A model generated the notes under the pieces. The model saw only the letters and a program-made list of their open reading frames with translations, had not been told where the DNA came from and did no database searches. Below, one piece after another: positions 23,565-34,988 of a stretch of 48,008 nucleotides of DNA. The DNA is taken from NCBI RefSeq assembly GCF_001194135.2, contig NC_068989.1, positions 79,925,611 to 79,973,618 of the forward strand, in the 5' to 3' direction. Numbering within the stretch: the first letter of the stretch is position 1; each line of letters begins with the position of its first letter. Made by a program: the position numbers and the translations under genes. Origin of the DNA: Octopus bimaculoides. Its lineage: Eukaryota.

Positions 23565-23924
23565 AAAATCTTACAGACATCAAAATCTCCAATTCATAGT
23601 GCTGTTGTAGAATATAATTTATTGTAAAGATTAGAGCATGAGAAAGGGTGTTGATGAAATACAATAATATATTTAAAAATTGTTCTAATGTTCCTCTTTT
23701 AATATACAGATATATGTGAGTAAATATATCTGTAGTCACTGATATATGTACAGATTAAGAGCTTCTCTTAATTATTTGAAATCTTCTAGTCAGAAAAAAT
23801 CTGATTTTTGACAAATTTCCATTGTAGCAATGTGATTAATTTTAACAATTTTCTATTATTGAAGGTGAAAAAAGTCGTACATGCATTTCCCACTCAATTG
23901 CAGTTTTTCTGTATAATATGCGTG

Positions 23925-23956
<32 letters not shown>

Positions 23957-24017
23957 TGTGTATGTGCGTGTGTGTGTATGTGCGTGTGTGTGTATGTTCG
24001 TGTGTGTGTGTGTGTGT

Positions 24018-24110
24018 GCAGGCGTGACTATGTGGAAAGAAGATGGTTGCGAATTACATGGTTTCGGGTTTATGCCAACTACGAAGCACTTTGGGCAAGT
24101 GTCTTCTACT
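24018..24110 (+). mobile_element. SINE family A head, 3'-truncated
   Basis: gcaggcgtgactatgtggaaagaag...catggtttcgggtt...cactttgggcaagtgtcttctact. Confidence 0.75.
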
Positions 24111-24255
24111 TATATATTTATATCTGTCGTTTTGTGAATCGTGATTTCTGTCAGCTATTTTAAAAATACTTCAACACGATATCATTTGTTTCAGAATGCT
24201 CCAATCTATCGACTCAAGTGAATCATATATATACTAATATTAAATGAATTTTAAA

Positions 24256-24340
24256 AAGGCAGTGAACTTGCAGAACCGTTAATACTGCGGTCAAAATGCT
24301 TCGTCCCTCTTCACGTTCACATTCCGCCGTGATCAGCTAT
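24256..24340 (+). mobile_element. SINE family D head fragment with deletions
   Basis: ggcagtgaacttgcagaaccgttaatac...aaatgcttcgtc...cacattccgccg. Confidence 0.55.
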
Positions 24341-24357
24341 ATATAAAATTAGGAGTG

Positions 24358-24675
24358 AAGGCGCGTGGCTTAGTGGTTAGTGCATTCGGCTCACGTTCGT
24401 ATGGTCGTGAGTTCAATTCCCGGCGACGCGTTGTGTCCTTGAGCAAGACACTTTATTTCTTGTTGCTCCAGTCCACTCAGCTGGCAAAAATGAGTAGTAG
24501 ATGTATTTCAAAGGGCCGGCCTTGTCACACTCTGTGTCATACTGAATCTCCCTGAGAACTACGTTAAGGGTACACGTGTGTGTGGATTGCTCAGTCTCGT
24601 GCACGTTAATTTCACGAGCAAGTTGTTCCGTTGATCGTATCAGCTGGGACCCTCGTCGTCGTAACCGACGGAGTG
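24358..24675 (+). mobile_element. SINE family B, apparently full length (tRNA head plus CORE-like domain)
   Basis: A box TGGCTTAGTGG, B box GTTCAATTCC, CORE-like ttgtgtccttgagcaagacactt, 3' end gtcgtaaccgacggagtg; second copy at 12062-12450. Confidence 0.88.
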
Positions 24676-24758
24676 GTCCTTTTATAATTAGGATAAAATC
24701 ATTATTTAATAATTTATCCGTGGCCAGCAAACTAAGAATACCATATTGGTTAATTAAG

Positions 24759-25022
24759 ATTATAGTAAAGGTGCTGAACGATTTCAACACCACTCCGCTA
24801 GAAACAAACCCGAGATGGTGCGTGAACCATTTAGTTTATTACTCAGTACACAAGGTTGTAACCGAGGAAACAGGCAGCGAGGATTTATAAAATAATCCTC
24901 GCTGTCTGTTTTCTTCGCTCACAACTTTCCGTAATGGAATAATAATCTAAGTGGTTCATGGACCATCTGGGGTCTATTTCTAGCGGAATGGTGCTGAAAT
25001 CATTCAGCACTCTTATTATAAT
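24759..25022. mobile_element. ~264-bp palindromic (foldback) MITE-like element
   Basis: Outer arms attatagtaaaggtgctgaacgatttcaacaccactccgctagaaacaaacccgagatggtgcgtgaaccatttag versus reverse complement attataataagagtgctgaatgatttcagcaccattccgctagaaatagaccccagatggtccatgaaccacttag; inner stem aacaggcagcgaggatt/aatcctcgctgtctgtt around an ~8-nt loop at 24886-24893. Confidence 0.85.
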
Positions 25023-25470
25023 TTATATATATATATACATTTCCTTTTCTTGAATTAAAAATTCTGTATTGTACTAAGCATCTATTCTATAATTAACAAT
25101 TTGGCATTTCTCGTTCTATCAAAATCTATAAATCATGCAATTCAGTCTTAACAAGTTTCTTTCAATATGTAAAGACAACGGCTTCTATCTTGCTAAAGAA
25201 CAAAAGTTTGTTTAATGCTCTTTTTTTTTTTTTTTCGAAACGAAATTTTATCAGCAATTTGGATTTCTTACTTTTCCTTTATATTTCATGAGATACGCAG
25301 TAAGTATTTTTATTGTTATTTACTCCAAGTATTTCTTTCGTTATGCCTTTTTCAATGAATACAAAGAAAGCTTCGTTAACAATGGTGTGAGATAACTTCT
25401 TAAATAAAACATTTTATTTTAAGTGAGATATTCTTTTCTGCAAAGGCGGTCATAAACGCCATTAATATTA

Positions 25471-25512
25471 TTGCTCGCTCTTTCTCTCTCTGTCTCTCTC
25501 TCTGTCTCTCTG

Positions 25513-25573
<61 letters not shown>

Positions 25574-25574
25574 C
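25471..25574. repeat. Compound (CT)n/(CTGT)n/(TTTC)n microsatellite
   Basis: Direct inspection. Confidence 0.9.
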
Positions 25575-25902
25575 GTTGTGTGCACGTATATTTATATTCA
25601 TATACGCATACACACACATATTTATACATTCAACTTAAAATGGATGTCTTGTTAGATCACCGAATACTGAGTTATTAGCCTTGAGATCTTGTCACATGGG
25701 CGCTCGGTGCATAAAAGCACACGCATAGATTGCAGCAAACGAAAATCGTCTGTTATAGGCGGCGGAACACCTATATCACGTGATTTCATTTTTTTTTTTT
25801 TTTTTTTTGAAAATCATCAATGGGAGGCGACCGGTCACTCCATGACAATCAAATTTCGCAGCTACGATATATAAAATTTCAACATCTTTTGAGACACTAA
25901 TT

Positions 25903-26058
25903 TCGCAAATAGCCAGCAGGCTTATCAAAAATTAATTATCAGCGACGGAAGAAGTATGAGTACCAAACTGTAATTGTTATATCTTATGTAGAAGCAGTAT
26001 CAATACCAAAAGGTAATCTTCATATTTTATTTTTAATAAGCCTGCTGGCGATTTGCGA
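25903..26058. repeat. 30-bp inverted repeat pair with ~96-bp spacer (mini-MITE-like)
   Basis: 25903-25932 tcgcaaatagccagcaggcttatcaaaaat versus reverse complement of 26029-26058 tcgcaaatcgccagcaggcttattaaaaat (28/30). Confidence 0.8.
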
Positions 26059-27101
26059 CATTGCAGTATTCGGTGCTNNNNNNNNNNNNNNNNNNNNNNN
26101 NNNNNNNNNNNNNNNNNNNNNNNNNNNNNNNNNNNNNNNNNNNNNNNNNNNNNNNNNNNNNNNNNNNNNNNNNNNNNNNNNNNNNNNNNNNNNNNNNNNN
26201 NNNNNNNNNNNNNNNNNNNNNNNNNNNNNNNNNNNNNNNNNNNNNNNNNNNNNNNNNNNNNNNNNNNNNNNNTATATATATATATATGCATATATGTATG
26301 TGTGCGTGTGTGTGTGAACGTACACGTTTAAGAAGAATGCTTGAAGTCACCTTTGTCGAAAACATATTGTGGAATGTAGGCTGACCAAAATACAAATTTC
26401 TAGAAACACATTTTAATAGTAGAAAACGTTGAATGTACCCCAACATTTATATATTTTCTTTAAAAAAAATAGGCAAAAAAATATATAACACAATATAAAC
26501 AAAGATTTATTGATTATTGAATTACTTATCATAATATTTCAGATTGTTAAAATTAGCAAATTCTCAATATATAAATTAATAATAGATTAATTATGAGAGG
26601 CAGCATGTTGGTAGAATATTTACTATCTGGAATTTACAACGGTGTGAAGAAGGTTTCAGTGATAACCATGGATTTTCTTTTCTATTGTAACTCAGGAAGA
26701 CGATCAAGCTTATAACGAGACAATACTGAAGATGATGCAGAAACGGTATACTATTTAAGATGATGCAGTAGTAACGAAAGGACTTCTGTGTAAGAGAATG
26801 ATTAATTTAAAGAAAAAATGGATTAGATATCAAATTGATGAATAATAAAGAAGTGATTTGGAATGAGTACGATGACCTTCTCGGGAAACATTAACATTTG
26901 TTTCAACACAGACGTTTATATCAAGAACCTTGAAAAGCAAATACAAAAACGAAATGTTCTAATCTTCATCCCAGAAATATCGTTCTTCACAAAGATATGG
27001 TGATAACAATAATTATACTAAAATATTACCTTACCCGACATTATGCCCAGGGCATCATCTTTTCGAAGGTGAATATATTACAGTTCATATATATAGGGAG
27101 G

Positions 27102-27764
27102 TAGGTAAAAATTAATACAATTTTTAAAATATAATTATAATAAGGGCAGCTACTAAGGAGCGTAACATGCCAAGAGAAGAGGCCAAATGGCTCTAAGACT
27201 ACCTTATTTATTACATAGACACGGGCTGAGCAAAAAAAGATTTTTTTAGGGTTTAGTGAGCAAAAAAAATTTTTTTTAAGGTTTAGCCATAGATCGATTT
27301 CTGGTTCAGGGATGTAATGTTTTTACCATCTTCAGTATGACATAACTCAAAGTACATAATTATAAACATTTATATATAGCATACCAACACAATTTATCCA
27401 TAGTGCATATAGAAATATTCACATTTATATACAAGTTAAATCTATTTCGTTCATCTCAGTCACTTGTGTGTCACCAAAATAATTCAACAGCAAATAAATT
27501 GGTTGAAGTGAATTCATATTTATTATTATAATCAAAGATAAAATCTATATAGGATTTTATCAAGTAGCTTGCATGTAAAAAAACCTCTTGGTAAGAATTA
27601 ATGCAAAGTATTTAATTTCATAAATTTAAGGCCCATGTCTATGCGATGAATAAGGTAGTTTTAGAGCCATTTGGCGTCTTCTTCTAGCATGAGGCGCTAC
27701 TCAGTAGTTGCCCTCATTATAATTATGTTTATGAAATTGAATACTTTGTATTAATTTTTACCTA
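27102..27764. mobile_element. Non-autonomous DNA transposon with ~125-bp TIRs and putative TA target duplication (Tc1/mariner-like)
   Basis: TA|GGTAAAAATTAATACAA at 27102 and TTGTATTAATTTTTACC|TA at 27764; arms share ataattataat.agggca.ctact..g.agcg...catgc...gccaaatggctctaa.actaccttatt...catagaca.gggc. Confidence 0.8.
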
Positions 27765-27797
27765 AATGGTTTTTACATGCTAACTACTTCACACGTA

Positions 27798-27948
27798 GAT
27801 GGCGGGTTTCAACACAGTTTCCATCAACCAAATTCACTTATAAGTGCAAGGATATAGTCGATGATACTTGCCTAAGCGTTCGTATCGGGGGGCGGAATCC
27901 GAGACTACATGGTTTCAAAACGAACTTCTTAACTACGCAGCCATGCCC
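27798..27948 (-). mobile_element. SINE family A, diverged
   Basis: cagtttccatcaaccaaattcactta...atacttgcctaag...catggtttc...cttcttaactacgcagccatgccc. Confidence 0.7.
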
Positions 27949-29537
27949 ACATAAGTAAATTCTTTTTTTTTATTTTATAATTTTCCAGCTAAAAATGCAT
28001 ATTTTACTACTCCGTTTCCTTGTTTAATGACTTCGTAGTGGAAACTTGTCTCATAAATTTGATAATTAACCGTAAAAGCGTTAACTTACCGTTCATTATT
28101 TTTGATTACCTAGTGGACATTTTAAAAAGAGAAGCAATAATTTATTGCTTTGAGATTGTATGTTTGCCTCGGCCAATGTTTTTAATTTCTAATTGGTGCG
28201 AAATGCCGCCATTAGTTAGAGCTTCATTAATATCAGTTTGCGTCCTATTTATTAAGCATTACACTTCAGGAGATATTAAACTTGATTCGTAAACAGACTT
28301 TCCGGCATCATATCCTAGATTTAGAAAAGATAAGTTTCAAACGAGGGAAGTTTGCGATTCTGTACTTATTCTATACCAGTTCCACTCAAGTCCACCGACA
28401 TTACTCAGATAACAATGGAAAAGGCAGGAAAACCCCATCATCTCACTTGCCCCTGAAAGTGTTAACGAATCAGTTACGTAATATGGTGAATGTCTTACTG
28501 GAAAAGGGAAAACTGCAGCAATTAGTCTCCAAACGCATTGGAGGTTCATGAATTTTATTGCTATTTACGCTGAAATTAGGAACTGGAAATTTGTGACATT
28601 CATGCCTTTTTCATACGGTTTAACCACTGTAAGTGTAGTGAACTGAAACATTTACTGAAACCACGTTGCCAGGATTTTATGGCGTGTGCTTTCTTTTTGG
28701 TGCTTCACTTTTTATCAGATTAACATTGATATTCAACATAGGCACAAGGACATACAGTATGGAAGTGGGGTTAGCCGATTTTATCACCTGTTAGTAAATA
28801 GCAACTAAGAAATGATAAGAAAAATTCGATCGATTTCGGCTGGAATCGAAATGAATGCATAGGGTACTGAAACTATATACCATTCGGCATTTCTTCGACT
28901 GTCAGCTAATCTTATCAAGCCAAGTTGTTTCAAACTTAGATTAATTCCTACTTCTGTGTCTCTCTTAATTATGTTATTTTGTAGTACCAAAAAATGATAA
29001 AGATAATTGTGAAAAGAAATCATGTTTATCCCTCAAGAAACAATAATAGTGGGAACAAATAAAAATGAAAATGTGCATATCTAATTGAATATATCCTCGA
29101 AGAATAACAATGTCATTCTCAGTCTAAAAAAAAATAATTATAATTATAAAAAATATACATAAAAAAATCTCCTAATAATCTGTGTAAAATGTAATCTCCA
29201 AACAATTCGTGGCTGCCAGTGATTTCTGGAAAGAATAAGCAATAACTTGGTTTCCAAAAATGAATAATGTTTAGAAATAGAAATGTGCTATAGAGGTCAA
29301 CAGTTAATCCCAAGTACTGATCTTCTGACATTATGTCAATAAACAATGTTAGATTCATCATTGCTGATATAACCTCGCAGGAGAATATTATAATCTCTCA
29401 CGTTAGAGGTGTTAAAAGCGACATATTAGCCATTATCACAATTTCAGTAATTAAGATAGACTTTTCGATAGCAAATCTACAAATAACAACATCTACTTTA
29501 TTAATTCTCTATTCCAGCAAAGTGATATTGTATAATC

Positions 29538-29700
29538 ATGGTTATGTGATGAATTTCACAGCACAACCCCCTTTTTTTCTGCATGATCCCACAGCGTATC
29601 ACTTTCAGAAGTGTTTTCTATCGGTGCATTTTCCCGACGATTACTTTAACAGTAAAACTTGGTGGACGAAAACTATGCGGAAGCCCGTCGTATCTATACA
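29538..29700 (+). mobile_element. Old SINE family A copy followed by a microsatellite
   Basis: ttggtggacgaaaactatgcggaagcccgtcgtat matches the end of the family A body. Confidence 0.55.
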
Positions 29701-29716
29701 TATTATACGCACATAC

Positions 29717-29790
29717 ATAGATAGATAGAGAGAGATAGACAGAGAGAGAGGCAGACAGACAGACAGAGACAGACACACAGACACACAGAC

Positions 29791-29882
<92 letters not shown>
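29717..29882. repeat. Compound (GA)/(GACA)/(GATA)n microsatellite
   Basis: Direct inspection. Confidence 0.95.
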
Positions 29883-29884
<2 letters not shown>

Positions 29885-30919
29885 GTATCTGTAGTGTATG
29901 TGTATATGGATTTAAACTTGCATTCTTCTATGTAACAGAAATAGTAACTGGGTCATTAGGTAACTAAAATTCGATAATTAGCTGGCCGAAATTAATACTA
30001 GGGTCGGTATATGTAGACTGAACACTTTAAAATAGGGCCCGGAAAAATGGAAAGTTGTAACATTCATGATTTCACTCCTCACAACACTATCCTGAAAAAA
30101 AAAAGCGTCAGTATCATAGACCAACGGATGTAACTTCAAACGGAACTCAAAACTATATTGTAAACTCGGTCTTTGGAGGTTCATACTTTTTGCACTTCAA
30201 AACTCACTAATATATTCTGTATTAATTTCATTGCTGTGAATGTTAGGTTTCTTCAAATTTGTGTAAGGGATACTTCTATTCACCAGCTTACATCTGTACG
30301 CGCCAAACCTGAAACACGACACACACATACACACGCTTTGCGAACATATGAGACAAAATTCAAACATGTATTTGAAAAAACATGATTTGTGACCAGATAT
30401 ATATGAATCTTACAATATTGTGTATTTCTGTAGCCATTTTTGTGAGTAATTATTTAGCAGGATGAGATTGAAAAACTTCATTTAAAACAGGGAATAAAAC
30501 ATAAGTTTTCATACTACAAAACAGAAAAAAAATCTCCCATTTTAAAATGGAATAATCCTAAATACTCAACACGGATCGGTAAGCCATTTGCACAGGTAAT
30601 AGTTTTCATTGTTATACTGTTGTCACATTCCCAACATTCAAACATAACTACATTCAACAGAAATGCAGTCATGTGAGCCATCAGGAATATTTGCTTATGA
30701 AGCTCGTGTCATTTTATCGATAAAATGTAATAACGAACATCTATTTTGAATCTGGCATGAACAGGATTTCTATTGATGTAGTGAGATTTTCATTAGAGCG
30801 ACAAGAACGGACAAAGTAATGCTCGGGTGAAGATATCTAGAATATTACCTAAGTATATTTGTTTGTAAGAGGGGGATACTTGAAAGACACAGCAATATTA
30901 TTGTATCCATGTGATATTA

Positions 30920-31035
30920 TTGTAGCCTGGTGGTTAGAGTGTGTTGAAATCACGATTGCGCAATTGTGGTTTCAGTTCCTGGACCGTGTGGGGCGTTGTG
31001 TTCTTGAGCAAAATCCTTCATCTCATTCTACTCTA
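30920..31035 (+). mobile_element. Diverged tRNA-headed SINE head (family B- or C-like)
   Basis: gcctggtggttagagtgt...cacgattgcgcaattgtggtttcagttcctggacc...gttgtgttcttgagcaaaatcctt. Confidence 0.55.
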
Positions 31036-31954
31036 CGGTTACTTCTACACCAGATGTGTTGTTCACCGTGCGTCCGTTCACGCAAAATCGATATAATATA
31101 GAAAGTGAGCCAATGTACAGTACATATATTTGATCAATATGAACAAATCATTTGTGTTGGTTGTTAAGCAAGAAGTTGCAGAACCGTCTTTCTCGTACGA
31201 CTACAGACTATCATCTTCATTATCATCATTTGTATTCCGGTATGGTAAAACATATAACAAGTTTATTGGTTTTCTAAACCTAGTTGAAAATTTGAATAAT
31301 AATCGAGCCATATTTGCATCATGAGATTTGGATATATAATTACTGAATTTGCATATTAATTAAAGCTGGTTGTTTCTCTAAAGGTTACGCAGTAGCACAA
31401 GTATAACCAGCACACTAATTTTAATCAGCGAAGTTCTATCAGAATAGAAGATAGTTAATTGCTTTGTATCTATTAGATGAACTTGGTAAGTTTTGATCAT
31501 TTACCACTTGCAGATGAAATGTTAGCTGAAAACTATATTTTCAACAACCTGCTGTCAAATCCGCATAAATTAATCGCCGGTTCGCTTATAGATTTTTTAA
31601 AAATGTGAAAAGTGTCATGGCTGATGTGTTTCTCTGAGAATTTACAAACAAATTTTTTTAATTCGGGCTTCATAAACCCAGAGATATATCCATTTTTTTT
31701 TAAAACACGAATTGCATTTCATGGCAGATTTGATTTTTTGTTTGTTTTCAGAGAACGTTAAATCGCAGAAATTCAAAAACATTTAGTTTAATCCCGATCT
31801 TTTTTTTTTTTTCACAAAAGCAGACATCGTTTGCCCAAATATTTAAACTCCAACCAGTTTTGTAAATCTACGTAAATCTACATGTATTTCAAGTTGACGT
31901 GCGATATAAATACTTCAATCACATTCCAAACAATAATATACTTTAGAATATTAG

Positions 31955-32146
31955 TACAAGGCCACCAATTGCATGAGAAATGTATATGCCGATTACATCG
32001 ATTCCAGTATTTAGGGCAAACGTATATTATTGACCTGCAAGCATGAAAAGAAAAGACAACCTCGATTGTATTTGAACTCAGAATAAAAAGAGTTGGATTA
32101 CTGCAACACGCCCTATCTGGCTCGGTAACGATTCTACCAGCTCATC
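31955..32146 (-). mobile_element. SINE family D, diverged
   Basis: ccgattacatcgattccagta...tttgaactcagaa...aacgattctaccagctc. Confidence 0.7.
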
Positions 32147-32807
32147 GACTTTCTTCTTAGTAATAATCTCGATTAATAACTTCATTTGCTTAATTTTGGC
32201 CATAAACTCTTCAGATCATTTAACGTTGTTTTAGCCAGGTCATTCCGTATTAAACAGGATTATAAGACGTTCCAAACATAGCCATCCTTACTCTATGGAA
32301 TTGTAGGACTTCTTAATCAAATGAGTACGGTGTTCTTTGAGAGAGAGAGAGAGAGAGTTGCTCGATTACTACCAGGTCTTGTCACTCTGTAGTTGTCGTC
32401 TGATGTGATAACGATAATGTTTTACTGTGATGTGATATTATGTGAAATAGTTGAGAAATAACTTTCGAGAGTCACTGGGAATCAGATCCAAAATCGGGCA
32501 TAAAATACTTTGAAACTACTTGTTTCGATGAAGGCATTCGTTTATTAGATTTATGTATTGCATCATTCCAGTGGGGTTCTGTCACAAACGGTTTCGGATT
32601 CCACGAGATGTGTTTTAATGAATCATTATAATCAATCGTGTCTTGTTTCAAAAAATGCTATTTTCAAAATAATAACCTATCGACACACACACATACACAC
32701 ACACGCACACACACACATGCACACATGCGTGCACACACACATACACACATAAACATATATGCAGACACACAAACGCGTGCACCCCCACATTCATAAACAT
32801 ACATTTT

Positions 32808-32958
32808 CGACGGGTGCTGAAAAGTTCCTAGCTTTAAGTTCGTTTACAGGATTTGGAAATATGACCGCTGCAATAATTATGTGAATCTGAGAGGGGAACA
32901 TGTTGAATAAGATCATAACTGATCCACCTGTATTTTCTTTTACCCAAAGCCAGGAGCT
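32808..32958 (-). mobile_element. Mariner-type MITE copy 1
   Basis: Ends cgacgggtgctgaaaagttcctagcttt and aaagccaggagct; internal gtgaatctgagaggggaacatgttgaataa is the reverse complement of the interior of copy 2. Confidence 0.75.
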
Positions 32959-33007
32959 ACGCAATATAATACCTTTACGATTTCGTTAAATATTTATGAA
33001 ACGGTTT

Positions 33008-33192
33008 TGGTGCTGAAAGTCCCCGGTTTAGGGTAAAAGAAAATATAGGGGAACCTGTTGATTATGATTTTATTCATCATATTCTCCTCTCAGATTCACA
33101 CACTTATTGCAGTGGCCCTTCATATTTTCTAAGACCTGTAAAAGAACTCGGAATGCTGAGCCTCCAACTAAGCCTTCTGACAACCCCTCGTA
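33008..33192 (+). mobile_element. Mariner-type MITE copy 2
   Basis: ggtgctgaaagtccccggtttagggtaaaagaaaatatagg...ctctcagattcacacacttattgcag..., ending acccctcgTA; a TACGAGGG-type end is typical of mariner TIRs. Confidence 0.75.
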
Positions 33193-33995
33193 AACACGCG
33201 CATACACACACACATTATGAATAAAATGCGTTTCAACAAACGTGTTCTCGATCATGAATAATCTAGTCATCAAATAACAGCAACAGCACCAGTAGCAGCA
33301 ATAGCAGTAACACTTACTATACATAGATAACCGCACCTCGCACAGTAGGGTTCCATAGGCTTTTGGCCACGATACCATGTTACCCAAAACTAAGATTGTG
33401 TACTTGATGATTAGATATTTCAGTATAATCAGCTATTGTTTTCACTGCATCTCTTGCTATATAGATTATCAAATAATGTAATCTATTTTGTAATAGGATA
33501 TTTCGGCTTTGTCTCTGTTCAAAAGAACAAACTACAATAGGAAAATATGTTGTGTTAAATACAGAATATATGTGACACTTGTCGAACACTATAACAAGTA
33601 ACTGTGGATGTCTGCTTATAATAATATAAAGTATTTTTCACTATAGTTTATATTCAGTACCGCAAAGGTATTTCGTTTTGATTTTTATTTAATTTTATTT
33701 TCCCCTACTAACAAACATCGTTAGATTTCGTGCTGTGAAAGGTGAAATAATAAAGCAAGTGAAAGCTGTGAAATATCTAAAATTAATATCACTTATAGAG
33801 ACGTATACCAAACCAAATTGTTTCTTTCACACGTTATTGGAAGAGAGCTACAATGTCTAGTGCTAGTAGTAACTTTTATTTATAAATGTGAGTTTGCGTT
33901 TATGTGCGCACAATGATGTGTGTGTGTGTACAACTCGGATACACATTTTTATCAAAATATTTATTAAGTTCGTTGAATTCTTTCGCTAAAAGGGA

Positions 33996-34212
33996 ATGGT
34001 AGCAAATTTACAGAATCACTATAGTGCCAGACATTATGTCAAGCGGAACTGTTTCCAAATCGTTAAGTTCTGAGTTCAAATTCCGCTGGGATTAGTTTTG
34101 CCTTTCATCTCTCTTGGGTTAATGACTTGAAGTAACAGACAATTAATGTATTTGATGATATTAATTATGTCCCTTCTCGTAAAATCTGCTGACTTTGACC
34201 CCAAAATTAAAG
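33996..34212 (+). mobile_element. SINE family D, diverged
   Basis: gttctgagttcaaattccgctgggattagttttgcctttcatc. Confidence 0.7.
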
Positions 34213-34467
34213 CCATTATTACGGTAAAATTGGGGCAATTGATCAGTAGTAAAAATACAGTAGCGTTAAAATTGTAAGAATTCTCCTACAAGTTATAGAT
34301 CTTGTGCCGCAGTTAGAAACAGTGATTAAGGTACAAGTCATCTTCAGAGAGCCTGAAAAATACACTGATATATTTCAAATTACAGCGAGGTTAAATTTAT
34401 CTTTCATCATTCTGGTCTTGCAAAAATGAATTAATAATCATATATATATCAATATAATAATCATTTC

Positions 34468-34530
34468 TAATATAGGCGCAAGGCCCGAAATAATTGGAGG
34501 AGGCTAGTCGATAAACTTGGCCGAATTTCT

Positions 34531-34588
<58 letters not shown>

Positions 34589-34707
34589 AATTCCGCCGAG
34601 GTCGGCTTTGCCTTTCATCCTTTCGGGGTCGGTACAATAAATACCAATTGAGTACTGGGGTCAATGTAATCGACTAGACCCTCCCCGCCTATAGTAGAAA
34701 GAATTAT
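34468..34707. mobile_element. Composite: minus-strand family D tail remnant, (ATT)n, then plus-strand headless family D
   Basis: ctaatataggcgcaaggcccgaaa..ctagtcgat (reverse complement of the D tail); (ATT)n 34533-34586; caaattccgccgaggtcggctttgcctttcatcctttcggggtcg. Confidence 0.75.
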
Positions 34708-34764
34708 TGTTATCATTATTATTATTAGTAGTAGTAGTTTTAGTAGTAGTTTTAGTAGTAGTAC

Positions 34765-34988
34765 TGCGATGAGCTGGTAAAATCATTAGCACGCAAGGAA
34801 AACTGCTTAGCCACATTTAGTCTGTGTTTAGGTTCTGAGTTCAAATTCCGCTGAGGTCAACTTTGTCTCTCATCCTTTCAGGGTTAATCAAATAAGTACC
34901 AGTATAGCACTGGAATTGATATAATCGATTAGTCCCCTACCCCACCCCACTAAATTTCATGCCTTGTGTCTTTAGTAGAAAGGATTAT
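34765..34988 (+). mobile_element. SINE family D
   Basis: gatgagctggtaaaatcattagcacgc...ttctgagttcaaattccgctgaggtcaactttg...aataagtaccag...ccttgtgtctttagtagaaaggattatt. Confidence 0.88.

Noticed and set aside
28282-28551. ORF containing DNNGK..TP..HL..MVNVLLEKG, loosely ankyrin-like
   Set aside because: Spacing between the motif parts is too long for a 33-aa repeat, the GADVN linker is absent and there is no splice support
29119-29728. Two ORFs, one with EDQYLGLTVD resembling an RT YLG motif
   Set aside because: No other RT motifs in the expected order; composition is consistent with AT-rich noise
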